Shown here piece after piece: positions 17,367 to 27,246 of a DNA stretch of 50,810 bases (the first letter of the stretch is position 1; each line of letters starts with the position of its first letter). The stretch is from IMG/VR virus record IMGVR_UViG_3300045988_054624, positions 1 through 50,810 of that record, one strand, 5' to 3'. Position numbers and translations under genes: made by a program. The notes under the pieces were generated by a model that saw only the letters and a program-made list of their open reading frames with translations, was not told where the DNA came from and did no database searches. This stretch comes from a virus.

Positions 17367-19724
17367 TTAAATATGTACACCTTCGGCAGTTGATACAACG
17401 CCCTCATAAACCTTCCGCTGAAGGTACTCGGAAATCTTGTCTAAATCCATGCTGGAAGAAACATTGTTGTTGTTCGTCATGTTGATTTTGAGATTGGACA
17501 TTGTGTACCGGTTAATCGCATCACGTTCGGCTAAGTCACGCATCAAGTTCAATTCTTCGTCACTTCTACCGGATAGACTATCGGTATCATCAGCAATGCT
17601 GCCAATGTCTTTGGCAATACCGTCTAACGCAGGATTTTTGCCCAACCCTCCGCGCAATGCCTTTTCAATGTCATTTGGACCCCCGGCACCGTTAGTAACG
17701 TTTCCGTACTTGTCAACGTTATCCTTTCCGTACTTGTCTTGCAGTTTCTTTAATTCATCCGTGCCGGTTAAATCTTTGAACTTCTTACCGGAAAATAAAT
17801 TGGAGAGTTGCTGTTCTTTTTCGGCTCCATAGTTGTAACCCTTCTCCCAATTTGAGCGAATGTCTTTATATTCCATCTTTGGAGCATTCCAGTAATCTTT
17901 TGGCTCCTCACCCAACATATCTTGCAACTTCCCTTTTGCGTTCTCAAAATCGGAAGTGATTGATGTTCTGTGTTCAAACCTCGTTGCTTTACCCAAGCCT
18001 AATTTTTCGCCAACAACCCCTAGTTTATCAACAAGCCAATTCCACCCTTCCAAAACCCCGTTAATTGCGTCAAGCATAGCGTTGACAAAATTGGTTGCCA
18101 TTTCGTCCCAACCTTTTGTCATTGAGATGCAAAGGTCTAACAGGTTTGTAGCCAAATTAACGAATAATTTTTTAATTGAATAAACCGGATTTTTGAAAAC
18201 ATTGACTAGAAATTCAACAAACGCAGAGAAATAATTCCACAAATAAGCGATTATATTGTAAATGGTTGCATACAGGACCATGAACGCACCGGCGATAACG
18301 CCCGTTGCACTGACGGACGTTCCGGCAAAATGATTCACCGCCGCAACTACGAGATACACAACTACAATCAAAGCGATTATCAGTAAGATTATCCACACAA
18401 GCGGACATGAATATAACGCTGTATTCAATCCCCATTGTGCGCCAGTTGCCGCTATTGTAGCCGTAGTTTCCGCCCAAGTCGCCATGCCTAGAAGAAACTT
18501 AGCTACCGCTAACAAGCTAGTGATTGCGAACATGGCCCATTTGGCCGCAACGCACGCCCATTCTGCAATTTTAACTAAAAGCAAAATAGTATGATACGCA
18601 GCATAAGCCGCTACGATTCCCCAAACAACCGGACCAATGAAACTCCAATTATCAATGATGAAGTTGTAAATATCGGCTAATTGGTCGTAAATGCCCGCTA
18701 GAACCGGAGCGAGCACGCTAAATACATTTTTGATAGTGCTCGCAACCCTAGAGATAGCATCTCCTACTCCGCTAGCGAACTTGATGAATCGTTCGTTGCT
18801 GGTTAGTTTACCTATCCCCTCAAGGATTGGTTGAAGTGCTTTAATGGTGTAATTCTTAATCGTAGTCCAGACTTGCCCCCATGTGTACGGCATGGATTCA
18901 AATTTTTTGTTGACATCATCCGCAGCGGAGAACAAGGCATTCTTCACGATTCCTGCGGATATTTTGCCGTCAGCAGCTAGTTCCCTCAACTTACCGATTG
19001 GCACGTTCATGTAATCCGCTACGGCTTGCATGACGTTAGGTGCCGCTTCAAACACAGCATTGAATTCTTCCCCTCGCAGAACGCCGGAACCTAACGCTTG
19101 CGTAAGCTGTAGCGTAGCGGAGGCCATTTCCTGTTCACTGGCACCCGCAATGACAAACATCTTGTTAAGCGTTTCCGCGAAAGCAATCGTTTCGTCATTG
19201 CTCTTGAACATGTTTCCGGCACGGGCCGCCAACTTAGCCACCGCATCAGCCGTTCCCGTCAGAGAACCACGTGAACGCATGGCAGCTTGATAGATTTTAT
19301 CGTTCAATTCGGCGGTAGTTTGCAGCCCGTCGTTAATCATGTTCAAGCGGGCAGTGGTAGTGCTCATCGTGTCAGAAAGACCAATGATGCCTTTGACGGA
19401 TTGAAAACCTAGATAGGTTGCCGCAATTCCTTTCAGCTTGCCCCAAAGCGCATGTGCCGAACCCGTACCATTCCGCACGCTGTTGTTGAATTGATTTTGT
19501 GCGGTGGTGTTTTGGCGTATTTCATTCTCAATGTTGTTGAATTGAGTTTGTGCTTTCGCAAGTTCCGTTCTGGCAGTTTGAATGCTCTTTGTGTCAACGG
19601 CTTTTCCTGAAACACGCTGCATTGCTTCAAATGAGTTCAGGACGATATTCATAGCCCTGTTCATTGATTGCAAAGCCGGGGTCATACCATCCGTTATTCT
19701 AATACTTGTTTGAATTGTCGCCAT
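17367..19724 (-). CDS. Tape measure protein
   Basis: 785 aa; coiled-coil N-terminus; central multi-TM hydrophobic block; sits immediately after the G/GT chaperone. Confidence 0.8.
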   Translation of the reverse strand: MATIQTSIRITDGMTPALQSMNRAMNIVLNSFEAMQRVSGKAVDTKSIQTARTELAKAQTQFNNIENEIRQNTTAQNQFNNSVRNGTGSAHALWGKLKGIAATYLGFQSVKGIIGLSDTMSTTTARLNMINDGLQTTAELNDKIYQAAMRSRGSLTGTADAVAKLAARAGNMFKSNDETIAFAETLNKMFVIAGASEQEMASATLQLTQALGSGVLRGEEFNAVFEAAPNVMQAVADYMNVPIGKLRELAADGKISAGIVKNALFSAADDVNKKFESMPYTWGQVWTTIKNYTIKALQPILEGIGKLTSNERFIKFASGVGDAISRVASTIKNVFSVLAPVLAGIYDQLADIYNFIIDNWSFIGPVVWGIVAAYAAYHTILLLVKIAEWACVAAKWAMFAITSLLAVAKFLLGMATWAETTATIAATGAQWGLNTALYSCPLVWIILLIIALIVVVYLVVAAVNHFAGTSVSATGVIAGAFMVLYATIYNIIAYLWNYFSAFVEFLVNVFKNPVYSIKKLFVNLATNLLDLCISMTKGWDEMATNFVNAMLDAINGVLEGWNWLVDKLGVVGEKLGLGKATRFEHRTSITSDFENAKGKLQDMLGEEPKDYWNAPKMEYKDIRSNWEKGYNYGAEKEQQLSNLFSGKKFKDLTGTDELKKLQDKYGKDNVDKYGNVTNGAGGPNDIEKALRGGLGKNPALDGIAKDIGSIADDTDSLSGRSDEELNLMRDLAERDAINRYTMSNLKINMTNNNNVSSSMDLDKISEYLQRKVYEGVVSTAEGVHI

Positions 19725-19743
19725 GATATGACCCCTTTCTTAG

Positions 19744-20354
19744 TTATCGCTTCCGCTTTGTTTTAGCTTTCTTCGCTTCCTTCTTTTCGTTTTCCAATTT
19801 TATGTCTATTGAAGCCACGATGAAAGCTTTTTCATATTTATCCATCCCGTCAAATTGACGAGGTGTGATTCTTAATTTGTGAAGGCAATAGTAAGCATAG
19901 TTTGCTAGACTATCGCCTTCGATGATTAGTTTTTTGCTTCTTCGACCATATCATTCATGTCTGTATCGAATCCGTTTACTTCGGAGACTTTGGCGCAAAG
20001 GTCCGCATACTCACCGGGAGCGAGCATCTTTTTAATCAATGCGTCCGCACCCATTACACCGTAACTGTCTTGCAGTTCCTTATTGTTCAAGTCAGGGAAC
20101 ACAATGGTTGCAACGGTCAATTTGGTGATGTAGGATGTCGTGTCCATTTCGGAACGGAACTGATTAGCCTTGCCTACCACCTTAATTTGCCTCATGCAAG
20201 ACCTGCGAATAGATTCGTCCGTATCAGAATCAATCCGCTTGAGTTCCCATTCTAAAGGCTTGCCTTGTTTGTCAACAAAGTCCTTAGATGCTACATACTT
20301 AACATTTTCGTGCTTGATTTTGTTTTGAGCGAGAAACGCGCTAAAATCAGACAT
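19744..20354 (-). CDS. Tail assembly chaperone with programmed -1 frameshift extension (G/GT arrangement)
   Basis: Zero-frame ORF 19926..20354 ends ...GAA GAA GCA AAA AAC TAA. The slippery heptamer A_AAA_AAC (plus 19929-19935) opens a 64-codon -1 frame that fills the whole 200-nt gap and stops just before the TMP start. Confidence 0.55.
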
Positions 20355-20384
20355 GTTGATTTTCCTTTCTGTGTGTTAGATTTA

Positions 20385-20858
20385 TTACATTCCTTCGAGA
20401 AGGTTGAACGTTTCCGGCATCTCGAAATCCTCAAACGTAAAGTCAAGGTCTTCGTCAAGATATTCTCCGTCAGCGTCAAACTTGGCAATGATGCCGCCAT
20501 CAAGGTTGCAATCCTTGAGGATTACAGTCTGACGGCCAACGCTGGATGTCGGGTCTTCATTCGTTACCTGAATGTCAAAATAGATGTCTTCCCCGGTATC
20601 CTTGTACCGCTTCAACAATTCCCGGAAAATGGACGTGTTGTAGTGGAACGTTGCGGAACCGGTTCCGCTCCATCCAGAAGCTTTATTCCCCTTTCCGGTC
20701 TTTCCTAGAATGGGAACTTCGCTCTTGTTTTTCTCCATTGTGGCTTCAAGATTGATAGCCTGCATGAAGTTGTAGCGTCGGTCTTCAATGGTCACAAAGC
20801 ATTCCGCCAACGCCGCAAAAACGGAATCCTTTGCATTCATGATTTGATTCTTAGCCAT
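20385..20858 (-). CDS. Tail tube protein (XkdM-like)
   Basis: 157 aa; sits immediately downstream of the sheath gene. Confidence 0.55.
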   Translation of the reverse strand: MAKNQIMNAKDSVFAALAECFVTIEDRRYNFMQAINLEATMEKNKSEVPILGKTGKGNKASGWSGTGSATFHYNTSIFRELLKRYKDTGEDIYFDIQVTNEDPTSSVGRQTVILKDCNLDGGIIAKFDADGEYLDEDLDFTFEDFEMPETFNLLEGM

Positions 20859-20871
20859 GTTTTAGTTCTCC

Positions 20872-22185
20872 TTATTCAATTACGCATGTCATGTAGAGTT
20901 TTTCCATAGAGGAAGTAGGAACAAGCGATTCACGTACAACAACGGAGTTTTTAGCGTCTCCCTGTTCAACCGTCAGTTCGTCCGCATTATAGTCTTCAAT
21001 GGCGCGTATCGTTTCAAGTTGCCTGCGGTGAGTGACAATATCGTTCCAGAACGATACGCGCCCGCTCTTGTCATTCTGCACCTTGCCGAGATACTTCGTG
21101 TTGAAGACGCGCGCGGTATCATTGGCGCACTGGTCAATTACTCGGATAACTTGGTTGCTTGCGAATACGTCGCTTTTTTCTTCCGTGAAGGTAATTAAGC
21201 TGTTGATGTCCAGAAGCACTTTAATTTCATCTTCCACCCGGTGGAAAATGAAATATCCTTCTTTAATTGCCGTTTCAAGCTCGGTTTGTGTTTCAGTCGT
21301 TGCAATGGTCAATTCGCCGTCATATTTCATGTTAGTGCAAGACTTGTTGACAGCGCATCCGGCTTCGGCTCCTGCTACCCAAGGCAGCGTTAAAACCGGT
21401 GCATGGACCAAAATGATACCTTCATGGTCAATAATATTATTATTCCCGCCGATAACTGACGTATCAGTAAGAACCGTCTGGAACTTGACCCCTACTTTAT
21501 CGCGCATGCGCTTCGTGAATTCAACGTACAAGCTTCCAACGTCTTGACTATTTCCATAATCCACGCCCACTAACACGTTGAAGTTGTACGATTCAAACGC
21601 ATTCAATGCGCTTTGATGTGAGGTATTAGAGGGCTCGCCGTTCACGCCAGTTTTGAAGAGAATTCCGGCAGTTACTTCAAGCGTAGCGCTTTCCCTCTTC
21701 CATGTCACAAAATCATTGTCAACCAACTCCGAGGCAGTAGCTACGGTCTGACTGTCAACCTTAACCGTCCCCAAATATAGGGAAACGTCATACTTTGAAG
21801 CATTATCTACGTTCTTAGCAATAACAACTTTCAGGTCATTCCCGCGAGTGCCTTTGTGTTTAGCAATTGCATAATCGCACGATGCTTGACCGCCTCCGGA
21901 GTTCAAATTGAACACATGTACTTTTTGAGCGTGCTTGAATACTTCCCGGAAGGGTAGCATTTCAGCAGCCGTATAATCATAGCCAAGAATCTTCAACGAG
22001 TTCTTTTGAAAGTCTTCCTGTGTAATTGTGAACACTTGTCCTTCTGGTCCCCAGTTCAGGGCAATAGGCAAAGCAACTACACCGCGATCACTCAACGTTG
22101 CAGATGCCCGTGCGGCACTCACAAAGTTAATGTATGAACCCGGCAGGACTTTATTTTGAGTGGTAAATGTACCTCCGCCTAACAT
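20872..22185 (-). CDS. Contractile tail sheath protein
   Basis: 437 aa; position and size match sheath; strong SD TAGGAGG. Confidence 0.7.
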   Translation of the reverse strand: MLGGGTFTTQNKVLPGSYINFVSAARASATLSDRGVVALPIALNWGPEGQVFTITQEDFQKNSLKILGYDYTAAEMLPFREVFKHAQKVHVFNLNSGGGQASCDYAIAKHKGTRGNDLKVVIAKNVDNASKYDVSLYLGTVKVDSQTVATASELVDNDFVTWKRESATLEVTAGILFKTGVNGEPSNTSHQSALNAFESYNFNVLVGVDYGNSQDVGSLYVEFTKRMRDKVGVKFQTVLTDTSVIGGNNNIIDHEGIILVHAPVLTLPWVAGAEAGCAVNKSCTNMKYDGELTIATTETQTELETAIKEGYFIFHRVEDEIKVLLDINSLITFTEEKSDVFASNQVIRVIDQCANDTARVFNTKYLGKVQNDKSGRVSFWNDIVTHRRQLETIRAIEDYNADELTVEQGDAKNSVVVRESLVPTSSMEKLYMTCVIE

Positions 22186-22202
22186 GATTTTGTCCTCCTA
22201 TG

Positions 22203-22400
22203 TTATTTGTTTTTTCCATTAAGGAAGTTGTTAATCTTCAATTCTACTTCTTCAATAGAATAGGTTTCATCGTCATCCAACAGAGCATTCACCAAATCCC
22301 TACGCTTGGCAAACCGCTGTGAATTGACAAATTGCTTTTTCGTGAACTTGAGAACGTCAGTAGTTTCTACAGGTTCATCGGTTGTCTTTTTTTTAGCCAT
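22203..22400 (-). CDS. Small hypothetical protein
   Basis: 65-aa ORF between the sheath and head-tail genes. Confidence 0.25.
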   Translation of the reverse strand: MAKKKTTDEPVETTDVLKFTKKQFVNSQRFAKRRDLVNALLDDDETYSIEEVELKINNFLNGKNK

Positions 22401-22403
22401 GTG

Positions 22404-22844
22404 TTATTCCTCCACGTTTAATTTTCTTTCTAATGATTCCATGTGTTCAACTTCATCCATTGTTTTCTTAATGAAGAATTCATAGTTCACGAAAAAATGA
22501 AGTACATTGTCCACAAGTTCATATCGCATTCTAATTCCCCTATGTAGATTGTCAATTCCATTGTGATTAGCCGTGATGTATTCAAGTTCAACCATTAACT
22601 TTTCCGCTACATCGTAACATTCTGCTTTGGTGTTATTTCTATCTAGGGGAAAGTAATGAATATCCATCGGATAGCTTCTAAAGTACCTGTTAGGCAATTT
22701 CGCTTCCTGCGTCGGTTCAAGTGCCACAATGATGAAACAAGGTTCAGTTAGCCCTTGCTTCACGTTTTCCTTGTAAATCTTGTAGCCACTACCGAAAACT
22801 TGATTTAACTTTACGGCTATTCCGTCAATCAATTCGTTAATCAT
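22404..22844 (-). CDS. Tail completion / head-tail joining protein
   Basis: 146 aa; position within the connector module. Confidence 0.3.
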   Translation of the reverse strand: MINELIDGIAVKLNQVFGSGYKIYKENVKQGLTEPCFIIVALEPTQEAKLPNRYFRSYPMDIHYFPLDRNNTKAECYDVAEKLMVELEYITANHNGIDNLHRGIRMRYELVDNVLHFFVNYEFFIKKTMDEVEHMESLERKLNVEE

Positions 22845-23329
22845 TTTCCAAATGCTCCGTTGAGATAGTTTGACAATTTACGTTCGATGATTTTTTGAGC
22901 TTGTCCCTCTATTTCCATTTCTGATTTTGTCAGCATGAAGCGTCCTTCTACCCAGCCACCGCCGCCTCTAGTTCGGTGCCCGTATTCAACAAAACTTGCA
23001 TATTTCACCGGGTTGATTATTGTAATCTCATACCCGTTCCCGGTTTTCACAATAGGCAATGAACGCGCATAAGCCGTAGCATTGGCATTCGTCTGACCAG
23101 TCCAACCACGGCGCAACGTGCCACCTACTTTCCCGGAACTAGGAGGATAAACCCCTACAGGCGTGCGCTTGATGACTTTTGCAAGCAACCGTGCCGCAAG
23201 TTCCTTAGCCGCATCACGGCAGAACTTTTCTAAGTCTTGCTTCTGCACAACTTCCAGCCGCTTCTGTAATTGTTGCAATTCCCGGTAGTCACATTTCCCC
23301 CACCTGCTCATTACGCATAGTCCTCCCAT
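22841..23329 (-). CDS. Head-tail connector component (HK97 gp10-like position)
   Basis: 162 aa; gene order only. Confidence 0.3.
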   Translation of the reverse strand: MGGLCVMSRWGKCDYRELQQLQKRLEVVQKQDLEKFCRDAAKELAARLLAKVIKRTPVGVYPPSSGKVGGTLRRGWTGQTNANATAYARSLPIVKTGNGYEITIINPVKYASFVEYGHRTRGGGGWVEGRFMLTKSEMEIEGQAQKIIERKLSNYLNGAFGK

Positions 23330-23679
23330 TGTTCCAGCATAATTTCCTGATGGTTCAAAAACTTTGCAGGTTCGCCGCTGCTCTTGAAAGTCAACGTTTT
23401 TCCGTTTCTCGCCACGTATATCTTTGAACCCGGTTTAATCACAAGCTCCGGTTTGATAATGAGCTTGGAAACAAGGGAGAGTGAAGCCGCTACACCGTTA
23501 CCTGATGTAGCAATGGTCTTGTGAGACAGTTTGCAAGGCACGTTCTGATAAAGAGTCACCACTTTCATGCTGGTAATGTGAGTGTCAGGGTTTTCAATTT
23601 CCCGGTATGCCATGACCGTACAAATGTCAACGTAGAGTTTTTCAATAGCCTTGCGTGCAACTGATAGGTCCATTACCAA
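23311..23679 (-). CDS. Head-tail adaptor
   Basis: 122 aa; gene order only. Confidence 0.3.
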   Translation of the reverse strand: MVMDLSVARKAIEKLYVDICTVMAYREIENPDTHITSMKVVTLYQNVPCKLSHKTIATSGNGVAASLSLVSKLIIKPELVIKPGSKIYVARNGKTLTFKSSGEPAKFLNHQEIMLEQWEDYA

Positions 23680-24050
23680 ACCAACTTTCTATGTCTGATT
23701 AACTCGGTTTCATGCCCGTTGATTAAATTGTCCACAAACGTATTGAATATGGCTTCGCTGTCACCTGATACGTTGTATTCTACCGTCGTATCTCCGTCTT
23801 GGATTTTCTTCACAATAGGTTCAATCTGAATACTCGTTAATTGACCAGTAGCTTTTTTCACCTGTAGGAACTCACCCGCTACCATGTCAACCAAAACGTA
23901 ATTGAGACATTCCGGAATCTCGGTAATGTTGCAGTAGTGCTTGATGTACTGCTCACATTTTCCCATCAGGAATTGAATGTTGAAGTCATCCCCGTCAACA
24001 CATGTATATCCAAGGCCCGCCAATCGTTCTTTAATTTGTTCAATGTCCAT
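23673..24050 (-). CDS. Head-tail connector / DNA packaging protein (gp6-like position)
   Basis: 125 aa; first gene after the capsid terminator. Confidence 0.35.
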   Translation of the reverse strand: MDIEQIKERLAGLGYTCVDGDDFNIQFLMGKCEQYIKHYCNITEIPECLNYVLVDMVAGEFLQVKKATGQLTSIQIEPIVKKIQDGDTTVEYNVSGDSEAIFNTFVDNLINGHETELIRHRKLVW

Positions 24051-24068
24051 AACGGTTCCTTTCTAAAA

Positions 24069-24102
24069 TTAAGGGGTTGAGGTTTTAACCCCAACCCCTT
24101 AA
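24069..24102 (-). terminator. Strong hairpin/terminator downstream of the major capsid gene
   Basis: Near-perfect 34-nt palindrome TTAAGGGGTTGAGGTTTTAACCCCAACCCCTTAA. Confidence 0.5.
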
Positions 24103-24113
24103 TGATTCCATTC

Positions 24114-25163
24114 TTAACCAAGAGAGATAATGCGAGCAATCGCAATATCTTTGTGATTAACCGTTTTCAGAGCCTTACCACTTTCCCCGTTGTCAATCAG
24201 CTTCCAGTTGGAGCCGGTGGCAAGTTCGGCATCAGTAGGAGACAGGCTCGCTTGGCTTGCCTTCGTGTAGGAAATACCGTAAGGCGCAAAGCACATGCGG
24301 CGTCGGGAATAGAGCGTATCTTGCCCGCCGTTGGTCTTCGGATCACGGCTCATTTCATAAGGCACCTTCGCACCAAGGTCCGCAAACCGGAACGCACCTT
24401 CACCGAACACGTAGGTAGTGTACTTCGTGCCGCCGTCAGCGGTTTCGGTAGGCATCCCGTCATCAACGATGACCAGACGGCCATTCCAAGTTGCCATTGG
24501 AAGCGGACGCTGCACGCCGTTAGCGTCGGTGTATTTCAGGAACTCAAGCAGGTTCTGATTTTCAAGGTTCGTAGCAACTGCGGAATGCATGAACACCATC
24601 GTGAACTTGGCTCGCTTGTCACCGCTGGCTTTCTGAACCGCCGTGTTCAGCGTAGTAGCAGTGATGGCGTTGTCAACTTCCGCCGTGATGTCGAACGTGT
24701 GATTGTTCACAAACTCAAGGTTCTTTTCGCCGGTCATGGAGAAGATACCCGTGAGAATGGACATAATCATGCCCGTGTCAATGTCGTCCCAATATGCCGC
24801 TACCTGCTTTGCAACTTCACTCATGAAGTCAACGCCCGCCGTGATTTCTACGGAGAAGTCTTTCTCCATCCATGCCTTAGCACGGCCAATCGCAACGATG
24901 GACTGTTCAAACGTGTCCATGCTGGTAGCGGTAATGTCGGTTTTACCGTCATAGTTCAGCGCGTTCCCACCGATACGCCCGAAGAAAGGAATCGTTGCGT
25001 AGTAGGAACCGGTTTGAGAACTAAGCAAGTTCTTAATCGTTGCGTCAGCAACAATCACACGAGACTTGATAAGTTCGTTTTTATTCGGCTGCGGAAGCGT
25101 TTCAATGTAAGAACCGAAAGCTTCCGGGTTGAATGATTTGGAATCAAATTTTTGTCCTGCCAT
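24114..25163 (-). CDS. Major capsid protein
   Basis: 349 aa; follows the scaffold; SD AAGGTGA; followed by a strong terminator. Confidence 0.6.
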   Translation of the reverse strand: MAGQKFDSKSFNPEAFGSYIETLPQPNKNELIKSRVIVADATIKNLLSSQTGSYYATIPFFGRIGGNALNYDGKTDITATSMDTFEQSIVAIGRAKAWMEKDFSVEITAGVDFMSEVAKQVAAYWDDIDTGMIMSILTGIFSMTGEKNLEFVNNHTFDITAEVDNAITATTLNTAVQKASGDKRAKFTMVFMHSAVATNLENQNLLEFLKYTDANGVQRPLPMATWNGRLVIVDDGMPTETADGGTKYTTYVFGEGAFRFADLGAKVPYEMSRDPKTNGGQDTLYSRRRMCFAPYGISYTKASQASLSPTDAELATGSNWKLIDNGESGKALKTVNHKDIAIARIISLG

Positions 25164-25188
25164 ATTATTTCACCTTTTTTTGTTAGAG

Positions 25189-25767
25189 TTATTCTAATGT
25201 ACCCCCAGCGGCCAGATAAGCCGCACGTTCGGAGTAGTTCATATCTTTGAAGGCTTTAGTTTGTTGTCCTCCGTTGCCTTCGCCGGGTTTCGCACCTTTG
25301 ATGGGCGGTTTCGTTTCTCCATCAAACAAGTAAGCATCTGATTCTTTCAATTTTTCAATCTGCTTATCTAGTCCTTTGATTGTTTCACCGTCCAGTTGTG
25401 GATCAGTTAAATCAAGCAAGGCCCTGACCGCTTTAACGTTTTTCGCTTTTGCATTCGTCAGCGCAAGATTCACCGCATTCTCAATAGACATTTGCTTAAT
25501 TTTAGCTTCATAGTCTTTTGATGCTTGCTTGTTTTCCTCTTGCAACTTGCTGATTTGTTCTTTCAAGCTTTCTGCGTCGCCTGCTGACTTTTTCAGGGTT
25601 TCAAGTTGTTTGTCACGTTCAGTCACTTGCGCCTTGTAATCTTCTACTTGCTTTTCAAGTTCCTGTTGTTTGGCTTTCAACCCGTTAATGTCATTGCCAT
25701 TTTCAGCCATGATTTTATCAATGACTTCATCCGACAGTTCCAGCGATTTTAAGAAATCTCGTTTCAT
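25189..25767 (-). CDS. Head scaffolding protein
   Basis: 192 aa; coiled-coil, charged, KQ-rich; immediately upstream of the major capsid gene. Confidence 0.55.
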   Translation of the reverse strand: MKRDFLKSLELSDEVIDKIMAENGNDINGLKAKQQELEKQVEDYKAQVTERDKQLETLKKSAGDAESLKEQISKLQEENKQASKDYEAKIKQMSIENAVNLALTNAKAKNVKAVRALLDLTDPQLDGETIKGLDKQIEKLKESDAYLFDGETKPPIKGAKPGEGNGGQQTKAFKDMNYSERAAYLAAGGTLE

Positions 25768-25944
25768 TTGTTTTTTCTCCTTACGTTGTTTTACGAGGTA
25801 TCATCCTCTTAGGTTTAAGCGATTACGCTCGCTTATGGCTAATTGGTTTTTAACTATAATAGTTTTAACTTGTCAAACACTTTTACGCATTAACGTGTTA
25901 AAGTACCATAACATAAGTATATACGGATTATTGAAAAAAGTAAA

Positions 25945-26214
25945 TCATACGCTTGCTAACAGACGTAAATCTGCATCAGTCCACGCTTTATTTACTATCA
26001 CACGATAAATCTTGTTTCTTCGTACCCTCGCTTTTTCCCGGTCATTCGTCCGCAACGGTATAACTTTCCTGACGCGCCTACCGTCACTACATCTAAATGT
26101 TACGGAGAAAAAATATTGGCCTTGACCCTTCATGCGTTTCAAGTGATGCATCTCACTGCGTATCGTGCTACGGCACCACTCTACAATCTTCCAAGTGTTC
26201 ATTATCTCAATCAC
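25945..26214 (-). CDS. Small basic protein resembling an integrase arm-type (AP2-like) DNA-binding domain
   Basis: GQYFFSVTFRCSDGRRVRKVIPLRTNDREKARVRR has the same pattern as the integrase N-terminus (YAVRITSGWTDDGKQKY). Confidence 0.25.
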   Translation of the reverse strand: MIEIMNTWKIVEWCRSTIRSEMHHLKRMKGQGQYFFSVTFRCSDGRRVRKVIPLRTNDREKARVRRNKIYRVIVNKAWTDADLRLLASV

Positions 26215-26485
26215 GATGTTCTAAAAACTCTTCACTGGCCCGTTTGACATAAACGCACGTTTTGCATTGTGATTCAGCCGCAATCCGCAATTCACGTTCC
26301 TTGTTATACTTTTCTTCCAAGCGATCAGCCCGTTTGCATTCCCGCCATAAGAATATCGACATGACAGCGGCAACACTCGCCCCGTTCTGGATATACTCCA
26401 AAAACGGGTTGTCAGTGGCTACCGAAGTAGCCACCGCAAGCAAATTAGCACCAATGATGCCCGCATTAACTACGGAATTAGTCAT
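26207..26485 (-). CDS. Small membrane protein (holin-like candidate)
   Basis: 92 aa with an N-terminal hydrophobic helix and a charged C-terminus. Confidence 0.3.
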   Translation of the reverse strand: MTNSVVNAGIIGANLLAVATSVATDNPFLEYIQNGASVAAVMSIFLWRECKRADRLEEKYNKERELRIAAESQCKTCVYVKRASEEFLEHRD

Positions 26486-26491
26486 TTCTAA

Positions 26492-26785
26492 TCACTTCCC
26501 TTTCTGCTGGATTACGGGCGGTGTAGTAGAAATAATAAATGACCCGTCAGGAGCTTTGGAAACGGATATCCCCCCTTGGTCAGATGACAAGTTGATATTT
26601 CCCGTTACGCCGCACCCGCTTTGCGTCAGGATGCCAGCCGCCACCAATGCACCAATGACAGCCCCGGCAATGATTTTTGCCCATGATTCTTTGATTCCCC
26701 AGCCAGTCAATAGACCAGTCAGCCAGTTTGCTTTTTCTTTGTTCGTGCTCATTGTGCTTCCAACTCGTTGATTTCTTTTCTCCAT
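26492..26785 (-). CDS. Small membrane protein (holin / XhlA-like candidate)
   Basis: 97 aa; single TM with a glycine zipper, AGAVIGALVAAGIL. Confidence 0.3.
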   Translation of the reverse strand: MEKRNQRVGSTMSTNKEKANWLTGLLTGWGIKESWAKIIAGAVIGALVAAGILTQSGCGVTGNINLSSDQGGISVSKAPDGSFIISTTPPVIQQKGK

Positions 26786-27231
26786 GCTTTGCGGTCAGCA
26801 ATCACTTCCGCATATTCATCGGTAGTGGCTTCCCCCTCGGCAATCTTAATCACAACATAATCGGTTTCCAAGAGTTTATTCTTCAATTCCGCGATACGTG
26901 TGAGCCTTTCGTGTTCCTGTTTTTGCGCTTCAAAAGCCGCACGCTGTTCCTCCGTCATGTCATTCCACCTGACAGATTCAAGCTCGGATTTTGGTCTTGC
27001 GGTATATCGCCCCTTGTAACAATCAATCGTGTATTCGCCGTTTTCGTTACAGGCTCTAATGACTTTACGATAAACAAGTTCATATTCCTCTTCGGTGTAT
27101 TCGTCATCACCGTTGAAATATGATTCATGCGAAACGTCAAACGTCTTGAAGTCGATGTTCAACGTACAATCAAGCCTTCCCTGTTCGTCAATGAAAAAGT
27201 TAGCCAGTTCTGTTTCTCTAGGATATTCCAT
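26749..27231 (-). CDS. Acidic hypothetical protein (XkdW-like fibre-associated candidate)
   Basis: 160 aa; follows the fibre genes, as xkdW follows xkdV in PBSX. Confidence 0.25.
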   Translation of the reverse strand: MEYPRETELANFFIDEQGRLDCTLNIDFKTFDVSHESYFNGDDEYTEEEYELVYRKVIRACNENGEYTIDCYKGRYTARPKSELESVRWNDMTEEQRAAFEAQKQEHERLTRIAELKNKLLETDYVVIKIAEGEATTDEYAEVIADRKAWRKEINELEAQ

Positions 27232-27246
27232 GATGATTCTCCTTTC

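Noticed and set aside
24102-25136. 344-aa + strand ORF antisense to the major capsid gene
   Set aside because: Arg/Val-rich antisense translation of a highly expressed, SD-preceded minus-strand gene; it has no RBS and does not fit the operon direction.
26580-26801. 73-aa minus-strand ORF overlapping 26492..26785
   Set aside because: It is an alternative frame wholly inside or overlapping the membrane-protein ORF. The in-frame TM protein is the better candidate.
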